A stretch of DNA of 36,126 nt from a bacterium (GCA_043717115.1 JAYSXQ010000040.1:1-36126); one strand, 5' to 3'; shown: positions 25,919-34,632, counted from the first letter of the stretch. The notes: generated from the sequence alone by a model not told the origin. Numbers and translations: made by a program.

Positions 25919-26164
25919 ATGAAAAGTATGCAAAGTCAAGCACGCAGCACTGTCAAAGTTTCACCTGGAAACCCCAGAAACAGAACCGGGCGAGATCCGC
26001 ATCCACAGCATCACACACCGAAACCACAACCACCAGAAGTAAAAGCACAAAAAGGAATAAGTAGACAAAGAAATAAAATAAATAGACTCATAAGACAGGG
26101 TGAAAAATCATCCAAAGTCAAACAGGCTCTCAATGTTTTATTTAGACAGATAGGAAACAATTAA
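25919..26164 (+). CDS. Small, highly basic, probably disordered protein (81 aa), unknown function
   Basis: GGGAG SD 5 nt upstream. Pro/His/Arg/Lys-rich N-terminal half and an amphipathic C-terminal helix (INRLIRQGEKSSKVKQALNVLFRQI). A strong terminator follows. The 5' half is C-rich (34/60 G+C in line 25981). Confidence 0.55.
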   Translation: MKSMQSQARSTVKVSPGNPRNRTGRDPHPQHHTPKPQPPEVKAQKGISRQRNKINRLIRQGEKSSKVKQALNVLFRQIGNN

Positions 26165-26184
26165 CCTATTTCAATTAAACTGGT

Positions 26185-26209
26185 AGCCCGAGCATTGCTC
26201 GGGCTTTTT
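26185..26209 (+). terminator. Strong rho-independent terminator
   Basis: AGCCCGAGC-ATT-GCTCGGGCT followed by TTTT. Confidence 0.85.
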
Positions 26210-26225
26210 ATATATAATAGTTATA

Positions 26226-26234
26226 TGTTATAAT
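26226..26234 (+). promoter_or_regulatory. Extended -10 TGTTATAAT; predicted TSS at the serS ATG at 26241 (leaderless)
   Basis: TG at 26226-26227 and TATAAT at 26229-26234. The ATG lies 7 nt after the hexamer. Confidence 0.45.
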
Positions 26235-26240
26235 CATAAG

Positions 26241-27515
26241 ATGTTAGATATAAAATTCATCCGAGAAAATAGTGAACTTATAAAATCAGGGGTTACAAAA
26301 AAACGTATGACGTTTGATGTAGATGCACTATTAAAACTAGACACACAAAGACTAGAAGTACAGAAAAAAGTAGAAGACTTACGCGCCAGACAAAATGCAG
26401 CAAATGACGCTATACAAAAAGCCGACCCAGTACTGCGTAGTACCCTTGTAGAAGGTATGCGTGTTGTAAAAGAAGAATTAAAAAAAGATGAAGAAAAACT
26501 AGATACAATTATGAAAGGTTGGCGTGACATGATGCTAGCAGTTCCGAACATTCCAGACATGAGTGTGCCAGATGGAGAGAGTGACGCAGATAATATGGAA
26601 GTTAAAAAGTGGGGTGACATAAAAACTTTTGATTTTGAGGCAAAGGACCATGTTGAATTAATGACTAATTTAAAAATGGTAGATTTTGAGCGTGGTGTAA
26701 AAGTGCACGGTTTCAGGGGTTACTTTTTAACAGGAGATGGTGTCAGACTATCACTTGCGATATGGAGTTATGCGATGGATTTTTGGAGTAAAAAAGGTTT
26801 TGTGCCAGTTATACCACCGATCATAGTACGCAAAAATGTTTTCATGGGTACCGGTTATCTACCACAAGGTGAGGACGATCTGTATAAAACTCAAGACGGG
26901 GAGTATTTGGCAGGAACAGCAGAAGTGCCAATAATGGGCATGCATGCAGATGAGGTTCTAGAGGGACTAGAAATTAAACCTTTAAAATATCTCGGTTTTT
27001 CACCATGCTATAGACGTGAAGCGGGTAGTCACAGCAAAGACGTAAAAGGTCTAATACGCGTACAGGAGTTCTACAAATGGGAACAAGTAGTACTGTGCGA
27101 GGCTTCACATGCAAAATCAGTAGAACTGCACGAAGAGATAAACAGAAATACAGAAGAGTTTATAGAGTCTCTTAGCATACCATATCATACAGTAGTAAAC
27201 TGTGGAGGAGATCTAGGGCTGGGGCAAGTTAAAAAGTACGACATAGAATTATGGGTTCCAAAAGAGGAAAAGTACAGAGAGATATCATCTGCAAGTTATT
27301 TTCACGATTTTCAAACCAGAAGAAGCAATATAAAATACAAAGATACAGAAGGTAAGATGAGATATGCCCACTCACTGAACTGTACAGCTATACCTACACC
27401 TCGTATACTAGTGTCTCTAATTGAAAATTACCAAAATGCAGATGGTAGTATAACTATACCAGATGTTTTAGTGCCGTACATGGGAAAGAGTACAATCACC
27501 CATGAGTCAAATTAA
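26241..27515 (+). CDS. serS: Seryl-tRNA synthetase
   Basis: N-terminal coiled-coil arm (MLDIKFIRENSELI...). Class II motifs FSPCYRREAGS, RVQEFYKWE and the C-terminal GSITIP. Confidence 0.95.
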   Translation: MLDIKFIRENSELIKSGVTKKRMTFDVDALLKLDTQRLEVQKKVEDLRARQNAANDAIQKADPVLRSTLVEGMRVVKEELKKDEEKLDTIMKGWRDMMLAVPNIPDMSVPDGESDADNMEVKKWGDIKTFDFEAKDHVELMTNLKMVDFERGVKVHGFRGYFLTGDGVRLSLAIWSYAMDFWSKKGFVPVIPPIIVRKNVFMGTGYLPQGEDDLYKTQDGEYLAGTAEVPIMGMHADEVLEGLEIKPLKYLGFSPCYRREAGSHSKDVKGLIRVQEFYKWEQVVLCEASHAKSVELHEEINRNTEEFIESLSIPYHTVVNCGGDLGLGQVKKYDIELWVPKEEKYREISSASYFHDFQTRRSNIKYKDTEGKMRYAHSLNCTAIPTPRILVSLIENYQNADGSITIPDVLVPYMGKSTITHESN

Positions 27516-28116
27516 AAACATATTTTCAAATATATTAAAATACACACTCGTAGTATCAATGATAGGGTTACTATCATATGGCGTATATAAACTAGTGAAC
27601 TGGAAGATGATCTTTGATAAAGAGTATATAGAATCTGTAAATAAAAAACCAGAAATAGAGTTACCTCCAACACTGGGCACTACGACTCTTAATTACGATC
27701 AAAAAGTCTGGGTAGGTAGCTTTATAAAAAAGTTAAAAATGCAAAGTATAATCATTCAGCAGTTAGAAACTTATGAGTATAATGATGTTTACTTTATGAC
27801 TACAGAGGGACTAATAATAAAAACAAATACCCAAGTGGATATTGATAGTGCGTGGAATAGTTTTGTCAGTTCGTATTTTCAAGACAACATACAAAAGTCT
27901 AATAAGAAACTAGAATACATAGACATCAGATTCAAAAATAAAATATTTTACAGATTTGTTGGGGACGAAAAACTAGAACAAAAACTAGAACAAAAACAAG
28001 TGACTGTTGCCACTACAACAATTCACGCAACCACTACTCACTCGACCACAACAGCAAGCACAACAGCAACTACAACACACAGCACTTCATCTGCGACTAC
28101 TAGTGTAAACAGGTAA
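27502..28116 (+). CDS. Membrane-anchored hypothetical protein with a Thr-rich tail; tentatively FtsQ/DivIB-like
   Basis: TM anchor (YTLVVSMIGLLSYGVY). C-terminal LEYIDIRFKNKIFYRF resembles the conserved FtsQ ..DLR....v.y segment. The functional call is weak. Overlaps serS by 14 nt. Confidence 0.55.
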   Translation: MSQIKNIFSNILKYTLVVSMIGLLSYGVYKLVNWKMIFDKEYIESVNKKPEIELPPTLGTTTLNYDQKVWVGSFIKKLKMQSIIIQQLETYEYNDVYFMTTEGLIIKTNTQVDIDSAWNSFVSSYFQDNIQKSNKKLEYIDIRFKNKIFYRFVGDEKLEQKLEQKQVTVATTTIHATTTHSTTTASTTATTTHSTSSATTSVNR

Positions 28117-28196
28117 GAGTTTGAATAAGGCATCAAAATATAGTATAATGTCAAGGCTATATATTGCTAAACCAATATAAAAATTATAGATACAGC

Positions 28197-29204
28197 ATGA
28201 AAAACTTTTGGAAAGAAAAACTAGAACTCGCTAAAAACGAGAACAGGCCGCTAGTTGTGGTCGCACCTATGGCAGATGTCACCGATGTGGCTTTTAGGCG
28301 CATGATAGCCAAATACTCGCGTATGGGCAGGCTTTGCGGTGGGCCGGATGTAATGTGGAATGAGTTCGTGTCTGCAGATGGTCTAGCAAGTGCTGGGCGC
28401 GAGGCACTAAAGAGAGATCTAGAGTTTTCTGATATCGAGCGCCCCATTATGGCACAACTGTTCACTAGTAATCCAGAGAAAATGTATGAGGCCGTAAAGT
28501 GCTGTAAAGAGATGGGATACGATGGGGTTGATATTAACATGGGATGTCCAGTAGATAAAATAGAAAAGCAGGGTGCAGGTGCAGCGATGATGTGTAATCC
28601 AGAAAATGCCCAAGAAGTTATACGCGCAGCGCAACGTGCAGCAGGTAACGATTTTCCTATAACAGTAAAAACTAGAATAGGCTGGAACAAAGTAGAATGG
28701 CAACAGTGGTTGCCTAAAATACTAGAGTGCAATGTTCCTGTTTTAACTGTGCATCTGAGGACACGAAAAGAAATGTCACTTGTAGACGCACACTGGGACA
28801 TGTATCCGGAGATAAAAAGTTTTTGTAAGTCTATATCTCCAGACACTATAATTATTGGTAATGGAGATGTAAAAAGTTTAGCGGATGCGCAGGATAAATA
28901 CAAAAAATATGGAGCAGAAGGAGTAATGATAGGGAGAGGTATTTTTGGTACCCCTTGGTTTTTTGATTGGGAACAAAAAGAAAAAACACTACGCGCCAAA
29001 ATGGAAATAATGCTAGAGCATACTAAAATTTTTGAAGAAACTGTAGGTAAATATAAAAGTTTTTCTATTATGAAAAAACACTACAAGGCATATGTGAATG
29101 GTTTCGATGGAGCTTCAACACTACGTGTAAAACTAATGGAAACTAACAACTATGATGAAGTAAATGTTGTAGTGCAAGAGTTTTTAGATACTCTAGTTGA
29201 ATAA
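28197..29204 (+). CDS. tRNA-dihydrouridine synthase
   Basis: VVAPMADVTDVAFR, DINMGCP, the catalytic Cys context, and TVHLRT / IGNGDV motifs of the Dus family. The track start at 28164 is TTG; I prefer the ATG at 28197. Confidence 0.9.
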   Translation: MKNFWKEKLELAKNENRPLVVVAPMADVTDVAFRRMIAKYSRMGRLCGGPDVMWNEFVSADGLASAGREALKRDLEFSDIERPIMAQLFTSNPEKMYEAVKCCKEMGYDGVDINMGCPVDKIEKQGAGAAMMCNPENAQEVIRAAQRAAGNDFPITVKTRIGWNKVEWQQWLPKILECNVPVLTVHLRTRKEMSLVDAHWDMYPEIKSFCKSISPDTIIIGNGDVKSLADAQDKYKKYGAEGVMIGRGIFGTPWFFDWEQKEKTLRAKMEIMLEHTKIFEETVGKYKSFSIMKKHYKAYVNGFDGASTLRVKLMETNNYDEVNVVVQEFLDTLVE

Positions 29205-29233
29205 TTTTATAAGTGTGTAGTCTGTATATCTTA

Positions 29234-29242
29234 TGATATACT
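29234..29242 (+). promoter_or_regulatory. Extended -10 TGATATACT; predicted TSS about 3 nt before the dnaX ATG
   Basis: TG at 29234-29235 and TATACT at 29237-29242. ATG at 29252. Confidence 0.4.
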
Positions 29243-29251
29243 TATAAACAT

Positions 29252-30244
29252 ATGAGCCTTTATCAAAAATATAGACCAAAAGTTTTTGCAGATGTAGTGG
29301 GGCAAATTGAAGCTATCACACTCCTGAATAATCTATGCAAGAAAGCACAAGATGGACAAAACATACCGCACGCATATGTTTTTTGCGGATCGCACGGTAT
29401 AGGCAAGACCACACTTGCTAGGATATTTGCTCGTGAGTTAGGTACTGCACCAGATGATGTGTATGAGTTAGATGCAGCCAGTACTAGTCGTAGAATAGAA
29501 AACATGAGGGACCTGATAGAGAGTATGTATACATTGCCTATACTATCAAAATACAAAGTCTATATACTAGATGAGGCGCATGCACTGACAAAAGAGAGCA
29601 GTAATGCTTTTTTAAAGTCACTAGAAGAGCCACCAACGCATGTTCTGTTTATACTGTGTACAACAGATCCAGATAAAATAATACCAACAGTTAGATCACG
29701 GTGTACTATGGTGCACTTTAAAAGTGCAAGTACTGAAAATATAGTAAAGCAGTTGACGTTTATAGCAGAAAAAGAAAACGTATCCATAGACAAAGATTCT
29801 CTCTTGCTGCTCGCAAAACACTCTAACAGTTCGTACAGAGACTCTATTACACACCTTGAAAAACTGATTAACACTTTTGGTGAAGTGATTAAGATAAATG
29901 ACACAGAAAAACTTTTTGGTAGTAATGGAATAGAAATATACACACAGCTATTGGATATATTGTCTCAGAAAGATACAGACTCACTGTATATGTACATAGA
30001 AAAAAATGCAGAACACATGCATTTTGAAAATCTTATAGAATTTTTGAGACTCGGTATCTTATATAGACACAAAGTCTTAGCTAAAGAAGACAATATAGAG
30101 TTGTTTTCATTTGTAGATACGCACAGCGGACTATTTACAAGTAAGACACTGTTATACATGCTAGAGAAATTACATTTGTATACAAAAGTTTCCGATAAGA
30201 AGTCTTTTTATGTGGGAGTTTTCGGAGAGTTTATGAGCCTGTAA
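29252..30244 (+). CDS. dnaX: DNA polymerase III gamma/tau subunit, short form (330 aa)
   Basis: LYQKYRPKVFADVVGQ, Walker A GSHGIGKTT, Walker B YILDEAHAL, and sensor SRC. There are no tau-specific C-terminal domains. Confidence 0.88.
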   Translation: MSLYQKYRPKVFADVVGQIEAITLLNNLCKKAQDGQNIPHAYVFCGSHGIGKTTLARIFARELGTAPDDVYELDAASTSRRIENMRDLIESMYTLPILSKYKVYILDEAHALTKESSNAFLKSLEEPPTHVLFILCTTDPDKIIPTVRSRCTMVHFKSASTENIVKQLTFIAEKENVSIDKDSLLLLAKHSNSSYRDSITHLEKLINTFGEVIKINDTEKLFGSNGIEIYTQLLDILSQKDTDSLYMYIEKNAEHMHFENLIEFLRLGILYRHKVLAKEDNIELFSFVDTHSGLFTSKTLLYMLEKLHLYTKVSDKKSFYVGVFGEFMSL

Positions 30245-30290
30245 ATTATAGAAAAATATAAAAACACAGAAAATAAGAAAATATAAAAGT

Positions 30291-31352
30291 ATGAGTTCAC
30301 TATTTTTAAATATTAAAAAAGTTATTGATTTCTCAAAATTACACATTAATCACGCTATTACATTAATGTTTTTAGTAGGTTTTGCGTTAGACATGTATGC
30401 ACTACCGCCTATCACTAACAAGCTATATATCTATATAGGCTTTACATATTTTATTCTTACTTTTATACTTTTGTACTTCAAGTTTTTATTTGAAAATAGT
30501 CAGATATCTTGGAGAGGTATCTCTATAAAAACTGTCAATGATTTAGCATTTTCTTTCTTTTCAGGGTCTTTTTTATCTTATGTGCTAGTATATTATCTAC
30601 GAAGTGGGGACAGTATCTCCAGTCTTCCTATATTAATATTTATAATTTTTTCAGTTATAGCTAATGAAATAATTAACAATAAGTACTCAGAAAATATTTT
30701 TAATTTTATAATAGTTAGTGTATCTACAACTTTTTTTGCACTTTATAATATACCAGTGTTAATAGGTTATGTGAACGATATGACTTTTATAGTCAGCATC
30801 ATTATTTCAGTTGCAACGCTATTACTTTTCGTATATATAATTAAAAAATCTATAATTAACAAATCTCTAAAAATGTACAGCGTCTGTGTATTAGTACCTC
30901 TTATCATATCACTGTTGTATTTTACAGGTACTATGCCAGCTGTACCGTTAACTATGCGGGACGCAGGTATTTATAGTAATATACAAAGAGTTAACGGTGA
31001 GTATATTTTTGATAATTTAATTACAAATAAAAAAGAAAATATCTTTACAAATTTACTATTTTGGAAATACGATAGTTTTGTTATTACTAATAGTACTGTG
31101 TATTTTTATTGTTCTGTGATATCGCCGACTGATGTGACTTCTAACATTACTCATGTCTGGCAAAAATATGACATCAATACAAAAACTTGGAAAGAAATAA
31201 ATAGAGTCACCTACAAAACTAGTGGTGGTAGAGCAGAAGGTTACAGAGGATATAGTTTTAAATCTAATATCACTAGTGGACAGTACAAGGTAAAAGTCCA
31301 AGTGGGTGAAAGAGTGCTAGGACAAAAGACTTTTACACTTTTAGATTTTTAA
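30291..31352 (+). CDS. Polytopic membrane protein with a C-terminal DUF2914-like domain
   Basis: About 7 TM helices, then ITHVWQKYD...W.....V.Y.TSGGRAEGYRGYSFK....GQYKVKV....G..LG...F, resembling the DUF2914 GGR..GYR signature. Confidence 0.65.
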   Translation: MSSLFLNIKKVIDFSKLHINHAITLMFLVGFALDMYALPPITNKLYIYIGFTYFILTFILLYFKFLFENSQISWRGISIKTVNDLAFSFFSGSFLSYVLVYYLRSGDSISSLPILIFIIFSVIANEIINNKYSENIFNFIIVSVSTTFFALYNIPVLIGYVNDMTFIVSIIISVATLLLFVYIIKKSIINKSLKMYSVCVLVPLIISLLYFTGTMPAVPLTMRDAGIYSNIQRVNGEYIFDNLITNKKENIFTNLLFWKYDSFVITNSTVYFYCSVISPTDVTSNITHVWQKYDINTKTWKEINRVTYKTSGGRAEGYRGYSFKSNITSGQYKVKVQVGERVLGQKTFTLLDF

Positions 31353-32682
31353 TATATTCACACAACTCTGATATTTTGACAGTATCCTGCGAATGTCTTT
31401 TCATATTTCTAACTATGACTGTTTTGTCCATGGCTTCTTTTTGTCCAAATATAATACAGTAAGGTATCTCCATTTTCTCAGCTAGGGCTAGCTGGGCAGA
31501 CAGAGAGTCTTTTGATAATGACTGATGTACTGGAACTTTTCCTTTTCTGAGTATCTCTATAACGCCCAAGGCTTTTAGTTTTGCTTCAAATCCTAACTGT
31601 ATAAAATACACTTTTGCTGGTTTCATTATACGTGGAGATATTTTTTGGCATTCTGGGAACATAGCTATACGCTCGAAACTGATACCAGCTCCTACAGCAG
31701 GTACGTCTTTTTTACTACCCATTTCTTTTGCTAAATAGTCGTATCTTCCGCCGCCACAAATGGAAATATCTTTTTCGTTTCCTTTGTCATCTATATCTAC
31801 TTTTACTACTTCAAAAACAGTGCGAGAGTAGTAGGACAGTCCACGCACCAAATTAGGATTTACTCTATAAGGTATGTTCATTTCTTCTAGATACTGTAAC
31901 AACTCTTTAAAATGTTTTCTAGCATCAGGACTTAAAAATGCTAGTGACTGAGGAGCGTTTTCTTTGAATGGTTGACACTCATCACGCTTACAATCTAGCA
32001 GTCGCATAGGGTTAGACTTTATCCTTTCTTTACAATCATCGCACATGTTTGTAATGTGTTTTTTGTAGTAGTTAGTCAGTTCACGTATATACGCTGGCCT
32101 AGTCTCCTTGTCACCCATAGAATTAATCTCGATTGTCATGTCAGAAAAACCAAACTCCTCCAGTATGTCATAGAGTGTTCTAATTATTAGAGCATCAGCA
32201 ATAGACTTTGTGGTACCCAGTATCTCCATGTCAAACTGTCTAAACTGACGCCATCTGCCGCGTTGAGGATTCTCGTGACGAAATGTTTGACCATATGCAT
32301 ACAGTAACACCGGCTGAGGCAGTGTCTGCATACCATGCTCTAAATACGCACGCATGATAGATGCTGTGTATTCTGGACGAAGAGCTATCTTGTCGCTACC
32401 TTTTACAGAAAATGCATACATCTCTTTGTCTATGATGTCTGTCCCTTCTCCTATGGCACTAGTAAAAGTCTCTGCTCTCTCTAGTACTGGAGTCTCTATG
32501 GGTTTGAAACCATAGTAGACGGCCACCTCTTGAGCTTTTTCAAACATACCTTGAAATTGATAGTAACTGTCTTCTAGGAGATCGTCCATACCTTTTAGTC
32601 TTGTTGGTGGATTTTTAACTACAGTAGTCTTTTTAATTACACTATTTAACTTGCTTTCTGTTGTAGTTTTATTTTCTTTCAT
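31333..32682 (-). CDS. hisS: Histidyl-tRNA synthetase
   Basis: KGMDDLL, class II motif 2 FRHENPQRGRWRQFRQFDME, GGGRYD, and a C-terminal anticodon-binding domain. Confidence 0.93.
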   Translation of the reverse strand: MKENKTTTESKLNSVIKKTTVVKNPPTRLKGMDDLLEDSYYQFQGMFEKAQEVAVYYGFKPIETPVLERAETFTSAIGEGTDIIDKEMYAFSVKGSDKIALRPEYTASIMRAYLEHGMQTLPQPVLLYAYGQTFRHENPQRGRWRQFRQFDMEILGTTKSIADALIIRTLYDILEEFGFSDMTIEINSMGDKETRPAYIRELTNYYKKHITNMCDDCKERIKSNPMRLLDCKRDECQPFKENAPQSLAFLSPDARKHFKELLQYLEEMNIPYRVNPNLVRGLSYYSRTVFEVVKVDIDDKGNEKDISICGGGRYDYLAKEMGSKKDVPAVGAGISFERIAMFPECQKISPRIMKPAKVYFIQLGFEAKLKALGVIEILRKGKVPVHQSLSKDSLSAQLALAEKMEIPYCIIFGQKEAMDKTVIVRNMKRHSQDTVKISELCEYIKNLKV

Positions 32683-32716
32683 AGTGTGTCTTTTCTATAG
32701 TATACAGAAATGATTT

Positions 32717-33433
32717 TTAGTATGCAACTTTACCTGGGTTTATGCTGATGTTGTTGTATAGCTCAATGACTGCACGTCCTGAAAATTGAGACTTGTGTAT
32801 GGGTCCCCAGTATCTACTGTCATAACTGCCACTACGATTATCACCCATCACAAAGTATTCGTCGTCTTTTAGTTTCATTGTCACATGCTGAGAAAGTTTC
32901 GGTAATTTTACAAAGCTTTCATCCGGTTTTAGTACTGTACCGCCTTTTGTTTTGATGGTTGTGCTGGTATCGTCGATAGTGATAGTGTCACCAGGTAGTC
33001 CTATCAGGCGTTTTAAAAAGTATTTACCGTCTAAACTACTGCCTTCTTGGTGGAACTTGAAGACCACCACATCTCCGCGACTAGGCTCGCCTAACTTATA
33101 ACTGATTTTATCTATTATTAACATGTCGTTATTTGTAAATGTAGGAGTCATGGATCCACCGTCAACTATAAATGGCTGAAACACAAATACTTGTAATATG
33201 CGTACTATAACGATAACGCTTAGTATCCATAGCAGAAAACTTTTTGGTGACTCATCTGCATCTAGTATAAACATTTTTACTAGCATGTTTTTGAAACCAT
33301 CTGAAAACATTGCTATGAAAAGTGAAATTATTAATAATGCTATTAAAAAAGAAAGAGCTATTGATAATGGACTAGTTGATATTTCAAAAAATTGCGATAG
33401 AAAGTTCGACGCTTGAGTGCTTAATTGTTGCAT
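32717..33433 (-). CDS. lepB: Signal peptidase I
   Basis: Boxes GGSMTPTF (catalytic Ser), GDVVVFK, KRLIGLPGD (catalytic Lys) and VMGDNRSGSYDSRYWG. Confidence 0.92.
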   Translation of the reverse strand: MQQLSTQASNFLSQFFEISTSPLSIALSFLIALLIISLFIAMFSDGFKNMLVKMFILDADESPKSFLLWILSVIVIVRILQVFVFQPFIVDGGSMTPTFTNNDMLIIDKISYKLGEPSRGDVVVFKFHQEGSSLDGKYFLKRLIGLPGDTITIDDTSTTIKTKGGTVLKPDESFVKLPKLSQHVTMKLKDDEYFVMGDNRSGSYDSRYWGPIHKSQFSGRAVIELYNNISINPGKVAY

Positions 33434-33474
33434 AGATAATAGATGGGTACTATATGTTGTACTGTGTTTTATAG

Positions 33475-33480
33475 TATACT
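33475..33480 (+). promoter_or_regulatory. -10 box TATACT; predicted TSS 1 nt before the pth ATG
   Basis: TATACT at 33475-33480 and ATG at 33488. No SD. Confidence 0.35.
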
Positions 33481-33487
33481 ATAAAAC

Positions 33488-33982
33488 ATGCAATTTTACA
33501 TTAGTTCTCTCGGTAATCCTGGAGCAGAATATAGCAAAACTCGTCATAATGCAGGTCGTATATCTGCAGATGCTGTATGTTTTGAGAATCTTGATATAGA
33601 TAAAGTACAGATACACTATATAGTACCAGATACATATATGAATCTATCTGGAGAGTATATAAAAAAGAAACTTAAAAATGTAAAAGATAGTCGCGTGTTA
33701 ATTCTAATTTACGATGATATAGATATAGCAATGGGAGATGTAAAGATAAGTTTTGCTAGAAGTAGTGGTGGACATAATGGAGTACAAAGCGTCATAGACG
33801 CTCTAGGTACTGCTGATTTTTATCGTGTAAGGATAGGTATAGGTGCAAAGACGTATCCAGAAATGCTGTTGCAGGATTATGTCTTGTCACAATTGAAAGA
33901 AGATGAGATTCTACTTTTAAAAACTACTGTGCGTGACAAAGTAATAGAATCAGTAAAAGAGATAATAAAAAACTGTTTATAA
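33488..33982 (+). CDS. pth: Peptidyl-tRNA hydrolase (short form, 164 aa)
   Basis: LGNPGAEYSKTRHNAG, PDTYMNLSG, DDIDIAMGDVKI and GGHNGVQS motifs. Confidence 0.9.
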   Translation: MQFYISSLGNPGAEYSKTRHNAGRISADAVCFENLDIDKVQIHYIVPDTYMNLSGEYIKKKLKNVKDSRVLILIYDDIDIAMGDVKISFARSSGGHNGVQSVIDALGTADFYRVRIGIGAKTYPEMLLQDYVLSQLKEDEILLLKTTVRDKVIESVKEIIKNCL

Positions 33983-34022
33983 CAAATATAGTAAATACCT
34001 TTTCTTATAGTATAATTAGAAG

Positions 34023-34116
34023 TAGGAAAAGACACTCTATATCGCAAGCGACCGCACTCACATAGGCATTTGTTGTTGGAGTTAGCACCTCGCTTGCGTT
34101 ATGGGGTGTTTTTTGT
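34023..34116 (+). ncRNA. Candidate small structured RNA or long terminator/leader hairpin (about 90 nt)
   Basis: TATAAT at 34011-34016 is not followed by an ATG. A long imperfect hairpin forms instead. Perfect 9-bp core CGCAAGCGA (34043-34051) / TCGCTTGCG (34090-34098). This is extended by ACACTCTATA (34032-34041) pairing with TATGGGGTGT (34100-34109) using G-U pairs, with one T/T mismatch (34042/34099) between the two helices. The stem ends in TTTTT. Confidence 0.35.
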
Positions 34117-34162
34117 TATATTTGCAAAAGATCATAAATCATTTTTTTGAAAAGAGGACAAT

Positions 34163-34627
34163 ATGCTTTGTTATCCAGCTTTTGTATTAACAGGTCAAGC
34201 ACATGATCTCGTAAGGAGTATTCAAGATCGCCATGAAGCACAGATAAAAGGGGTGTACAGGAGACCTAATTCAGAGCCACACATGACTCTCGTTATTCCG
34301 GCTGATTTTAGTAAGCGCAACTTGATAGAGTTTGAAGATTCTTTCGACTACGCTTTTCAAAAGTTAGAGTTAAGTCCTGCTTTTGCATCATATAAAAATG
34401 TTGTAAATATCAAGCTATGCGAAGCTTCTTCACTTTTAATTGAAATAAGAAAAGTATTTAAGAATCTTTTCCCAGATCCATCTTTTGTATGTACACCTCT
34501 ACATGTGTGTCTACTAAAAGACGTAGAAAAACCGGAAATATCTCTTGAGTATTTGAGTGGACTAAGACTTGACTTATCGTGTTTAGCAGATAAAAATAAT
34601 TACAGGTTTGAAATCATAGACATGTGA
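34163..34627 (+). CDS. Hypothetical protein, possibly in the 2H phosphoesterase (LigT-like) superfamily
   Basis: AGAGGA SD at 34153-34158. First motif PHMTLV fits HxTx. The second candidate, PLHVCLL, is HxCx rather than Hx(T/S)x. At 154 aa it is short for the family. Confidence 0.35.
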   Translation: MLCYPAFVLTGQAHDLVRSIQDRHEAQIKGVYRRPNSEPHMTLVIPADFSKRNLIEFEDSFDYAFQKLELSPAFASYKNVVNIKLCEASSLLIEIRKVFKNLFPDPSFVCTPLHVCLLKDVEKPEISLEYLSGLRLDLSCLADKNNYRFEIIDM

Positions 34628-34632
34628 AAACG

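Noticed and set aside
25970-26115. RNase P RNA-like strings (ACAGAACCGGGC and CAGGGTGAAAAA) in the small basic ORF region
   Set aside because: They occur in the wrong order relative to bacterial RNase P conserved regions. No GAAAGTCC-type CR-I and no P4 pairing partner were found. I treat this as coincidence unless an Infernal scan says otherwise.
27970-27993. 12-bp tandem duplication AAACTAGAACAA x2
   Set aside because: It is an in-frame duplication encoding KLEQKLEQ in a linker. It is only two copies, most likely a slippage polymorphism of no wider significance.
28184-28999. 271-aa antisense ORF inside the dus gene. Similar long antisense ORFs: 4711-5106, 5131-5517, 11194-11700, 24104-24544, 26234-26620, 29560-29943
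   Set aside because: These are shadow ORFs opposite strongly supported genes. They have low-complexity Ser/Phe/Ile-rich translations and no motifs.
29252-30244. Whether the short 330-aa clamp-loader gene is holB (delta prime) rather than dnaX, or uses a frameshift
   Set aside because: Intact Walker A (GIGKTT), DEAH-like Walker B and an SRC sensor favour an ATP-active DnaX. I saw no convincing slippery site plus downstream structure.
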